Positions 1 through 6,712 of a stretch of DNA of 64,000 nucleotides are shown here, piece by piece. A program made the position numbers and the translations under genes. Source of the DNA: a virus; the IMG/VR virus record IMGVR_UViG_3300031951_000022, positions 64,001-128,000 of that record, one strand, 5' to 3'. The notes under the pieces were generated by a model, which made no database searches, was not told the DNA's origin, and was given only the letters and a program-made list of their open reading frames with translations. Every line of letters begins with the position of its first letter. Position 1 is the first letter of the stretch.

Positions 1-37
1 TTATCGACATTCTACAGGATAAACTTTAGGCCGTCAA
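1..37 (-). promoter_or_regulatory. Nested sigma70-like (TTGACG-17-TAGAAT) and sigma28-like (TAAAGTTT-12-GTCGATAA) promoter
   Basis: The reverse complement reads TTGACGgccTAAAGTTTatcctgTAGAATGTCGATAA. It would drive a gene beyond the window edge. Confidence 0.65.
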
Positions 38-211
38 CTCTGCAAAATCCACAATTCGAAGAATTTTTCCTTCCGAATCAACTTCGCAGACCGAGCAATC
101 GTACTGGTACAGGAAACGGCTCTGAATATCACGCTTCCAAACCACAACAGCTTCCGCAAGAGTAGCATATCGGGCAGTCTGAACAAAACCATCATGAGCA
201 ATTGCAAACAT
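26..211 (-). CDS. Small hypothetical early protein (61 aa)
   Basis: Purine-rich RBS (AGGAGAAAAGAAAG-ATG) and its own promoter at 232-267. Confidence 0.75.
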   Translation of the reverse strand: MFAIAHDGFVQTARYATLAEAVVVWKRDIQSRFLYQYDCSVCEVDSEGKILRIVDFAELTA

Positions 212-231
212 CTTTCTTTCTCCTAACTCTT

Positions 232-267
232 ATATCGACATTCTAGCGTCTAGTCTTTAAATTGCAA
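232..267 (-). promoter_or_regulatory. Nested sigma70-like (TTGCAA-16-TAGAAT) and sigma28-like (TAAAG-15-GTCGATAT) promoter
   Basis: Read directly upstream of the RBS of ORF 26..211 and repeated at 1216-1251. Confidence 0.65.
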
Positions 268-287
268 GAGAAAAATCTGAAATTTTG

Positions 288-305
288 TGTCAAGAGTTTT
301 TGACA
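288..305. promoter_or_regulatory. TGTCAA-N6-TTGACA palindrome (operator-like)
   Basis: TGTCAAgagtttTTGACA; second copy at 1272-1289. Confidence 0.55.
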
Positions 306-330
306 AAACTTTTCTGCCTTTTGCTAGATT

Positions 331-346
331 TGGCATATGATTTGCT
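331..346 (+). promoter_or_regulatory. sigma54 (-24/-12)-like box
   Basis: TGGCATATGATTTGCT has GG-N10-GC spacing. The variant TGGCACGGGTTTTGTA sits at the same position in repeat copy 2 (1316-1331). Confidence 0.5.
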
Positions 347-354
347 AGATCGGT

Positions 355-436
355 CGTAAGTCGTTATGCCTCAAGTACTTACGTCAAATTCGGCCCGCCG
401 CCCGCGTCGTAAGTCCTTACGCCACAAGGGTTTGCG
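355..436. repeat. Pair of 29-bp 11-7-11 imperfect palindromes (355-383, 408-436)
   Basis: CGTAAGTCGTT-ATGCCTC-AAGTACTTACG and CGTAAGTCCTT-ACGCCAC-AAGGGTTTGCG, 53 bp start-to-start. Confidence 0.85.
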
Positions 437-464
437 TCAAGTTTTTTTTGCTAGTGTACGGATG

Positions 465-791
465 TCACCCCTCCGAAAAGGGGGAGACTTCCTCACCACA
501 TGCCTGAATGGCTGTATACTGTTCGATAAGAGCCTGAACACGCTCACGCGAACCCGGCTTGCCAACCTTTACGATCATAAGATCTTCACCCCCCACAAAG
601 CGGGGATCGTTATTTTCTTTCTTTTTCTTGCCAATGTTACGCAACGCGGTACGATTGAACTTCAAAATCTTTTCGCTCTTGATTGGCCCATACTCTCCGT
701 TAGCTAGAGTCGGTTGGTGCGGAATGGCAATTCCCACAAAGCACATGCGAGCTTGACGCTTGGCGTTTTCGATAATTGCAAACTTGGTCAT
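465..791 (-). CDS. Hypothetical early protein (108 aa, MTKFAIIENAKRQ...)
   Basis: Start reassigned to ATG 791 behind an AAGGAG RBS and a TTGACA-17-TACAAT promoter (817-845). Confidence 0.75.
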   Translation of the reverse strand: MTKFAIIENAKRQARMCFVGIAIPHQPTLANGEYGPIKSEKILKFNRTALRNIGKKKKENNDPRFVGGEDLMIVKVGKPGSRERVQALIEQYTAIQACGEEVSPFSEG

Positions 792-841
792 TTCTCTTTT
801 CTCCTTAGTTGGATGAATTGTAGGGAATTGTTTTAGGGTTG

Positions 842-982
842 TCAAGAGCATTTTGCCAAAAGATTCTGAACATATCGAAGTTTAGCGACATCATACCTAA
901 TTTGCCCATTTTGCATACACAGCACAACCTTGCCATTCTCAACAAAAGCAATCGTGCTACCAGAAACTTTTACGGCTTTCAT
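842..982 (-). CDS. Small hypothetical protein (46 aa, MKAVKVSGSTIAF...)
   Basis: GA-rich leader and TTGACT-16-TAGAAT promoter upstream. Its TGA stop lies inside the next -35 box. Confidence 0.65.
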   Translation of the reverse strand: MKAVKVSGSTIAFVENGKVVLCMQNGQIRYDVAKLRYVQNLLAKCS

Positions 983-1032
983 TTTCTTTCTCTCTTTCTC
1001 TTTCCAGTATTCTAGCAAGTATTTTTTGGGAG

Positions 1033-1188
1033 TCAATAGGTTTCCGAAAGCATAGCTTCCAGTTTCGCAATCTCTAGGCGAATCTTGCGAACCATAACCC
1101 AATCCCTATCATTCTTGTAGTTATCCAACTCATAACGAAGGCCAATGATTTCTTGCATAACTTGCATCTTAACGTTTTTCATTTTCAT
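1033..1188 (-). CDS. Small hypothetical protein (51 aa, MKMKNVKMQVMQEIIGLRYEL...), not in ORF track
   Basis: Translated by hand. GA-rich leader downstream of promoter 1216-1251; TGA stop lies inside the next TTGACT box. Confidence 0.65.
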   Translation of the reverse strand: MKMKNVKMQVMQEIIGLRYELDNYKNDRDWVMVRKIRLEIAKLEAMLSETY

Positions 1189-1212
1189 TCTCTCTTTCTT
1201 TCTCTCTTACTT

Positions 1213-1427
1213 CTTATATCGACATTATACCAGCTATTCTTTAGCTTGCAAGAGAAAAATCCACATTTTTATGTCAAGAGATTTTGACAAAACTTTTGCT
1301 TGTTTTGTGGATATGTGGCACGGGTTTTGTATTTGGTTGGATTAGCTGTAACTCCTTATGCCACAAGCACTTACGTCAAATCCGCCCGCCCGCCTTGTCG
1401 TAAACCCTTACGTACCAATCACTTACG
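1213..1427. repeat. Composite intergenic repeat, copy 2, including 29-bp palindromes 1347-1375 and 1399-1427
   Basis: TGTAACTCCTT-ATGCCAC-AAGCACTTACG and CGTAAACCCTT-ACGTACC-AATCACTTACG, 52 bp apart. Promoter TTGCAA-16-TATAAT with TAAAG-15-GTCGATAT on the minus strand. Confidence 0.85.
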
Positions 1428-1477
1428 CTTAGCGTTAATCTCTTTAAGAATAGCCACGATCATAGGAATTCCGGTAT

Positions 1478-1741
1478 TCATTTGTTCACCTCATTCTGCA
1501 CAAACTTGGTTACCACCTTGCCTGTACTCTTGTCCAGCATCTTCACATTAAACTTTTGCCCACTACCATCCTCAAGCAGTACGCCGAGGATATGTCCCAT
1601 TGTAGCCGATCCGTCGTTAGCTACAAGTGTCACAAGAATTCTATCGGCCATCGTTATAGCGATACGCTTGGCGTTTGCATAGCGATAGCAGTTAAGAGGC
1701 TTCCCGTTTGAGTCGTGATAATGAATGGCATTCTTTTGCAT
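1478..1741 (-). CDS. Hypothetical protein (87 aa)
   Basis: AAGGA RBS; follows ORF 1753..1902 directly. Confidence 0.7.
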   Translation of the reverse strand: MQKNAIHYHDSNGKPLNCYRYANAKRIAITMADRILVTLVANDGSATMGHILGVLLEDGSGQKFNVKMLDKSTGKVVTKFVQNEVNK

Positions 1742-1752
1742 GGCTAATTTCC

Positions 1753-1902
1753 TTAGAGAATCGTACCATCACCACGAATACGATACATGATACCGCCGAT
1801 ACTGTACAGGCTGATACCCTCGCCCATATGCTGCACAAACGTAGCCGAATATCCATGTCGAGCAACCAACCGGCGAACTGTATTTTGTACTTGAATGGTC
1901 AT
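1753..1902 (-). CDS. Small hypothetical protein (49 aa, MTIQVQNTVRRLVARHGYS...), not in ORF track
   Basis: GAGGAG RBS and TTGACG-16-TAGAAT promoter (about 1927-1954). Confidence 0.7.
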   Translation of the reverse strand: MTIQVQNTVRRLVARHGYSATFVQHMGEGISLYSIGGIMYRIRGDGTIL

Positions 1903-1968
1903 TTCTTTTCTCCTCTGTATGATTCTATTCTAGCAAGATTTTTTAGATCGTCAATACTATACAGAAGA

Positions 1969-2127
1969 TCAGCCGTCATCATATCCTTCTTCGAACTTCT
2001 CCAGCATCTTAGCCCTAAGATCGTCGTTCACGTTCATGTTTTCGCAATATGCTTCAAACTCGTTTGAGGAAGCCTGATCGTATCCCATGTTGTAAGCCGC
2101 AATCATCAGTTCGTCAATCTGGTTCAT
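1969..2127 (-). CDS. Small acidic hypothetical protein (52 aa, MNQIDELMIAAYNMGYDQ...), not in ORF track
   Basis: GA-rich leader; promoter at 2158-2199. Confidence 0.7.
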   Translation of the reverse strand: MNQIDELMIAAYNMGYDQASSNEFEAYCENMNVNDDLRAKMLEKFEEGYDDG

Positions 2128-2157
2128 TTTCTTTTTCTCTTTCTTTCTTGTTGATGA

Positions 2158-2199
2158 ATTCTATACAGTTCTTATCGGCTTGTCAAGTCTATTTCTTGA
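2158..2199 (-). promoter_or_regulatory. Overlapping sigma70-like (TTGACA-17-TAGAAT) and sigma28-like (TCAAG-15-GCCGATAA) promoter
   Basis: The reverse complement reads TCAAGaaatagacTTGACAaGCCGATAAgaactgtaTAGAAT. Confidence 0.65.
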
Positions 2200-2335
2200 G
2201 ATTCTCAAAAAACTTTTTCACAGCCAAATCATTCTGAACCATATCCTTATTCACGATTGGCATGGCATATGCCTTAGCAACCATAACCTTTTGATTCATT
2301 CTCTTAACCGCATTTTGCATCGTCTTATTCATCAT
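2189..2335 (-). CDS. Small basic hypothetical protein (48 aa, MMNKTMQNAVKRMNQK...), not in ORF track
   Basis: GA-rich leader and TTGACT-17-TATAAT promoter (2362-2390). Confidence 0.65.
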   Translation of the reverse strand: MMNKTMQNAVKRMNQKVMVAKAYAMPIVNKDMVQNDLAVKKFFENLKK

Positions 2336-2420
2336 CTTCTTTCTCTCTTTCTTATGCCACAATTATACCTACATCATCGTCCAAAGTCAAGCCCCACCTT
2401 GAAAATATTTTTGGATTTTT

Positions 2421-2585
2421 CCTAAGTTATTATCCTACAAGCACTTAGATCAAAAAGATTTTTTATGATTGCTCAATGGACACGTTACACAATGAGAAAG
2501 TGTGCGTAAGTCTTTGTGTCGTAAGGGTTTACGTCAAATTTTGCTGCCCTGTTTGTCGTAAGTCTTTGTCCCACATATGGTTAGG
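2421..2585. repeat. Three further 29-bp palindromic sites (2421-2449, 2505-2533, 2557-2585)
   Basis: CCTAAGTTATT-ATCCTAC-AAGCACTTAGA; CGTAAGTCTTT-GTGTCGT-AAGGGTTTACG; CGTAAGTCTTT-GTCCCAC-ATATGGTTAGG. The last two are 52 bp apart with a TCAAATT linker. Confidence 0.75.
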
Positions 2586-2689
2586 GGGTTTTTTTGTTTC
2601 TGATTGGTACTGGAAGATTTCTCCGAAAAAGCCCCGGTGGTCCAAAAACAATAAGCCACCCCATATATAATTGGCCAGTTTATTAGCCC

Positions 2690-3922
2690 TTATCGTCTAA
2701 TATAACCAGAATAGGCAATAGCTTCTTTTTGATTCACGGCGTCCAGAATCTTCACCACTACCAGATTCCATTTTTTACTAAAATATTTTTTAGATAGATT
2801 CAAGGTAAACTGTGATCCGTTGCCACTATTTGCTACTACCACATATCTTGTAGTGTTGTTGATACTAACCTGTACTTTAAGCTTGTTACTCATATTCGAT
2901 GAATCATAAGCCCACCCACTAATAATACTTTTAGATACTTTATACAGCCCATAAACGATCTTAGGCTGTACTACAATTTGCACCGGAGGTTGATAACTTT
3001 CTCCCAATGGAACCATGTTTTTTAATAAAGTAATTGCCCCACCCACATTCAAAAAACCATAACCCACCTTATCTGCTAAATTTTCCACATATGATGCTGC
3101 TGATAATATTGCGCTTTTAATCTGAGAGGCCACATAATTAATATTAATACTTTTCAACAAAGCTACCGCCCCACTAACAAAAGGAGCCGCCATGCTAGTG
3201 CCACTAACATATCCATAACTATTATTTGGTAATGTAGAATAGATACCCGTTCCTGGAGCAGCAATATCTACACTATTTTTTCCATAGTTAGAATAATTAG
3301 CCAAAGTTAAATCCCTATTAGTAGCGGCCACACTAATAGTATTAGATAATTTATAAGAGCTAGGATATCTTGGAACCAAATCATTATTTGAAGAGTTATT
3401 ACCAGCAGCGGTCACAACCACTATACCCAGATCATTAGCTCTTTTTATAGCACTTTCTAAAATTAAAGAAGATGATGTTCCTCCACCCCAGCTTAAATTA
3501 ATAGAAGCTATATTAATGCCTTTTAATTTCATATTAGTAGCATAATTAATAGCAGAAGCGGCAGCGCCCGTATATCCTAGTCCGCTACTATTTTGAAACT
3601 TTAGAGGCATAATACTAATATCATTAGATACGCCGGTTACTATACCAGCCACATGAGTACCATGATAAAAATCATCTTGAGGAATATTATTATTGCTTAC
3701 AAAATTCCACCCACTAATATCATCAATATAGCCATTGTTATCATTGTCTATATTATCCCCCGCTATTTCTTTAGTATTAATAAAAATATTGTCTTTAAGA
3801 TCAATATGATAAAGATCAATACCAGAATCAACAATGGCCACTATGGGCTGAGAAGACGAGGTCGAACTTAATACTTTTTTATTTTCTAGTTGTTCTATGC
3901 CCAGAGCGCAGTCCTTGCTCAT
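2690..3922 (-). CDS. S8 subtilisin-like serine protease with a Planctomycete-type LEPRxLL-like N-terminal motif
   Basis: Catalytic motifs VAIVDSG, HGTHVAG, AAGN and GTSMAAP. N-terminus LGIEQLENKKVLS. AAGGAGG RBS and TTGACT-16-TAGAAT promoter (3951-3978). Confidence 0.93.
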   Translation of the reverse strand: MSKDCALGIEQLENKKVLSSTSSSQPIVAIVDSGIDLYHIDLKDNIFINTKEIAGDNIDNDNNGYIDDISGWNFVSNNNIPQDDFYHGTHVAGIVTGVSNDISIMPLKFQNSSGLGYTGAAASAINYATNMKLKGINIASINLSWGGGTSSSLILESAIKRANDLGIVVVTAAGNNSSNNDLVPRYPSSYKLSNTISVAATNRDLTLANYSNYGKNSVDIAAPGTGIYSTLPNNSYGYVSGTSMAAPFVSGAVALLKSININYVASQIKSAILSAASYVENLADKVGYGFLNVGGAITLLKNMVPLGESYQPPVQIVVQPKIVYGLYKVSKSIISGWAYDSSNMSNKLKVQVSINNTTRYVVVANSGNGSQFTLNLSKKYFSKKWNLVVVKILDAVNQKEAIAYSGYIRR

Positions 3923-3979
3923 TTCATAATCCTCCTTGAAAGATATGAGGATTCTAACCCAGAAAAAGCAATAGTCAAG

Positions 3980-4019
3980 AAAAAAAATGAGGGATCCCGA
4001 TTTGGCCGAGATCCCCCAT
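3980..4019 (-). terminator. Intrinsic terminator after the HTH gene
   Basis: GGGATC...GATCCC stem followed by a T8 run on the minus strand. Confidence 0.6.
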
Positions 4020-4028
4020 TAATTTCAT

Positions 4029-4241
4029 TCAAACTACAGTATTTTCACCAGCACTTTTCTTTCTACGACCCCTGGGCTTGCTAACTCCCAGCTTTCGTCT
4101 TTGACGTCTAATCATACCATAAGTTACAGTTTCCCCAGTCATTTCACTCAGCTTCTTAGCTAGCTCATCATCACTAAAACCATTAAGATTGTCCTTAATA
4201 TACTGCAATTCAACATCTGTCCATCTTTTATATGTAGCCAT
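4029..4241 (-). CDS. Small HTH/Myb-like DNA-binding protein (70 aa, MATYKRWTDVELQYIKDN...)
   Basis: WT.xE...I....SD.ELA..L...T...IR..RRKLG pattern. AAAAGGAAA RBS places the start at 4241. Confidence 0.75.
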   Translation of the reverse strand: MATYKRWTDVELQYIKDNLNGFSDDELAKKLSEMTGETVTYGMIRRQRRKLGVSKPRGRRKKSAGENTVV

Positions 4242-4262
4242 AAAATGTTTCCTTTTTGACAA

Positions 4263-4295
4263 AAAGTGTACAAAACATATTATATAGTACACTTT
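4263..4295. promoter_or_regulatory. Inverted pair of AGTGTA motifs (putative overlapping, oppositely oriented phage-sigma promoters or an operator)
   Basis: AAAGTGTAC-N15-GTACACTTT between the divergent HTH and sigma genes. The same RGTGTA motif precedes late genes. Confidence 0.55.
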
Positions 4296-4320
4296 GGTCA
4301 CTTTAATGCAAGAGGTAAAA

Positions 4321-4470
4321 ATGAATATTGACCCCATTATCCCCTCTATTCTCCACATAACTGCTAAAGAAAATGTGGATATAAATGCTGATTTAACAGC
4401 AGAACAGATCAAATCCATAGGCCAACTACTAGAAGAAGCTCATGAAGAAGAAAAAGATTCACAAAGTTAA
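4321..4470 (+). CDS. Small acidic hypothetical protein (49 aa, MNIDPIIPSILHIT...), not in ORF track
   Basis: GAGGT RBS; overlaps the start of the sigma gene. Confidence 0.5.
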   Translation: MNIDPIIPSILHITAKENVDINADLTAEQIKSIGQLLEEAHEEEKDSQS

Positions 4471-5062
4471 CGAAGACGAATTTCTTAAGATAATTGATAT
4501 TATCGCCAAAAAATTAGCCTATAAATTCAAGTTTGGATATCATGATTTTGATGATATGAAGCAACAGATAAGCATCTTTGCGCTAGAAGGTCTTAAAAAT
4601 TATGATCATAAAAGACCACTAGAAAACTTCCTTTGGACCCACGTAAGAAATCGCCTCTTCAACTATAAAAGAGATAATTACCAAAGGCCCGACAAACCAT
4701 GTTTAAGCTGCCCCCTTTACGACCCTCACTGTAAAAATAGTAGTAGTGGATGTGTTGAATATAATAATAAAAATGACTGTAGTTTGTATTCATCGTGGTT
4801 ATCAAGAAATAGTACCAAAAAGAACCTTATGCACCTTACAACAATAGACGAAGTTAAAAACTACGGGAATGCTTTTAGTAGTGATGATAATTTATTGTTT
4901 GATAATATTTCAAATAACGAAATTTTATCCTTAGTAGAACAACATCTTATGGGCGAAGAAAGATCCACTTATATTAAGGTAAAGGGTGGCGCCAAGGTTA
5001 GTAAGGCAGACATGGACAAGCTAGTTGAAACCATAAGGGAGATAATAAGACTTCATGGCTAA
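4442..5062 (+). CDS. Phage-encoded RNA polymerase sigma factor (sigma70 region 2-like) with a Cys-rich insert
   Basis: DDMKQQISIFALEGLKNYD...LENFLWTHVRNRLFNYKRD resembles region 2 and is followed by CLSC..HC..C..C. Confidence 0.75.
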   Translation: MKKKKIHKVNEDEFLKIIDIIAKKLAYKFKFGYHDFDDMKQQISIFALEGLKNYDHKRPLENFLWTHVRNRLFNYKRDNYQRPDKPCLSCPLYDPHCKNSSSGCVEYNNKNDCSLYSSWLSRNSTKKNLMHLTTIDEVKNYGNAFSSDDNLLFDNISNNEILSLVEQHLMGEERSTYIKVKGGAKVSKADMDKLVETIREIIRLHG

Positions 5063-5876
5063 AAAACGTGGACAACTTAGTTTAGACGAAGAAAAATTTA
5101 TCAGAGAAAATATAGAAAGTTTAAGCGTAGAAGAAATTGCTGATGCTCTTAATCGTAATGTTGATCCAGTTAATAGATACATTGATGAAAATCAATTATA
5201 TGATATTAATGACAAGAGCGAGAACGAGATTCTCAGGCGCAAGCTACGCAGCAAAACCTTTTGGAATGAGATACTACGTCAGTTTGACGAAAATACTGGC
5301 GAATTACAATACTTTGAAGATACGTGGATTGGCCTAATTAAACAGTTCAGAGAGGACGTTTTACCCGCCGAAGAACTTCAAATCAAACAGTTTATCACCA
5401 TAGATATTCTTATTAACAGAAGCATGAAAGAACGTAAGCGTCACATTTCCGAGACAGAAAAATTACAAAAATTAGTTGATAAAGAATACGAAAAACTTGA
5501 AGACCAAAGAGACATTCCCAAACTAGCTAATTTAGAAGCTCAATTAAGTTTCGCCCGCAACAGTATAGCAAGTTATACAAATGAATATACTAAGCTTTTA
5601 AACGAGCAACAAAAAATTAGCAAAGATCTTAAGGCTACTCGTGAACAGCGTATTAAAAGAATTGAAGATGGTAAAAGTTCTTGGGTTGGATTGATAAGAA
5701 TGTTGGAGGATGAAGCTATTAGAGAAAAAGAAGGACGAGAAATGGAAATTTTGGCTATGGCTACACAAAAGGCTAAAAATGAACTATATGACTATCACGA
5801 ATATGCAGATCGTAGAGTTGATTCACCAATTTTAAGTCCAGACTCTATAGGTTATAATAATGAGAAACTATCGTGA
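5055..5876 (+). CDS. Putative terminase small subunit (N-terminal HTH + coiled coil)
   Basis: SVEEIADALNR HTH, long helical region, position upstream of terL. Confidence 0.45.
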   Translation: MAKKRGQLSLDEEKFIRENIESLSVEEIADALNRNVDPVNRYIDENQLYDINDKSENEILRRKLRSKTFWNEILRQFDENTGELQYFEDTWIGLIKQFREDVLPAEELQIKQFITIDILINRSMKERKRHISETEKLQKLVDKEYEKLEDQRDIPKLANLEAQLSFARNSIASYTNEYTKLLNEQQKISKDLKATREQRIKRIEDGKSSWVGLIRMLEDEAIREKEGREMEILAMATQKAKNELYDYHEYADRRVDSPILSPDSIGYNNEKLS

Positions 5877-6126
5877 TCCTCAATATATTCAGTGGAGAAA
5901 AGATGTTAGAAAAAGAGACCACAATTGTTGTCAATGGCCCGGTTGTAATAAAAAAACCAAGCTACAGGCTCATCATATTCAAAAGTGGTCAGATTTTCCA
6001 GGACTAAGATATCATATAGATAATGGCATTACACTATGTAAAGATCATCACAACATGATAAAGGATAACGAAGAAAACTATAGCGGATTCTTTTTTAAAT
6101 TAATTCTAAATAAAAGAGGAAAATAA
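5860..6126 (+). CDS. HNH endonuclease (packaging-associated type)
   Basis: WR..V..RD...CQ..GC...AHHI...NGITLCKDHH motif next to the terminase. Confidence 0.88.
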   Translation: MRNYRDPQYIQWRKDVRKRDHNCCQWPGCNKKTKLQAHHIQKWSDFPGLRYHIDNGITLCKDHHNMIKDNEENYSGFFFKLILNKRGK

Positions 6127-6127
6127 A

Positions 6128-6712
6128 ATGCAACTAGATAAACCAGTAACAATTATCCCACCATCATATATTTTAAACAATCAAGTAATACATCCTAATC
6201 CTTTTGTTTTAAAAGAACTAGATATCACTTATACAGACAATCCTAAAGACAAAAGAATCTATCTCACCATCAAGCCATTTCCTATTGGTGTACAACTATG
6301 GGGTCCAGAATCTTACGACGCAGTTGGAGACTGGACTCAAAAGCAAGCAGAAGACAGATTAAAAGCTTTAATTAATAATGAGATACATAAGTTTTTAGGA
6401 TTATTGTTTAAGCAAACCGGAGATACTGACCCCGATGGTCCAGGCAGCATTTTAGCAGGAATGTTTAGTGGACTAGGAATCAAAACGTCTCCAACTTGCT
6501 CTTGTAAAAAACACATGAGAGAAATGAACCTTAGAGGTAATGATTGGTGTGAAAATAATATGGATACTATTATGAGTTGGCTTAGAGCAGAGTCTGAAAA
6601 GCGTAAATTGCCATTTGTAGAAATTGTAGCAAAAACTATTGTGCGTAGTTCTATTAAAAAATCCCGTAGACTTTTAGAAAAAAGAATACTAGCTAATGCC
6701 CAAACAAGATAA
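6128..6712 (+). CDS. Hypothetical protein with a C-terminal CSC/WC domain shared with 48801..49241
   Basis: G.GS.L...GIK.SPTCSC...M...G.DWCENN.DTI..WL..E..KR.LPF. Confidence 0.7.
   Translation: MQLDKPVTIIPPSYILNNQVIHPNPFVLKELDITYTDNPKDKRIYLTIKPFPIGVQLWGPESYDAVGDWTQKQAEDRLKALINNEIHKFLGLLFKQTGDTDPDGPGSILAGMFSGLGIKTSPTCSCKKHMREMNLRGNDWCENNMDTIMSWLRAESEKRKLPFVEIVAKTIVRSSIKKSRRLLEKRILANAQTR

Larger units (their letters stand above)
229..449. repeat. Composite intergenic repeat, copy 1 (promoter + palindrome + sigma54-like box + two 29-bp palindromic sites)
   Basis: Co-linear similarity with 1213-1427 (CTTATATCGACATT...TTGCAAGAGAAAAAT...TGTCAAGAG.TTTTGACAAAACTTTT...TGGCA...ACTTACGTCAAAT..GCCCGCC). 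Confidence 0.85.

Noticed and set aside
355-2585. CRISPR array interpretation of the 29-bp palindromic repeats
   Set aside because: The repeats are degenerate and occur in pairs with a conserved rather than unique linker. Pairs are about 1 kb apart with genes between them, and there is no cas operon.
366-2670. Plus-strand ORFs in the early region (366..707, 559..756, 1708..2067, 2180..2425 and others)
   Set aside because: They are antisense to RBS- and promoter-supported minus-strand genes or run through repeats, and have no RBS.
2584-2680. Possible genome terminus or pac/cos site at the junction of the repeat region and S8 gene (GGGGGTTTTTTT, GGTGG...CCACC)
   Set aside because: Suggestive position only; it cannot be supported without read-end data.
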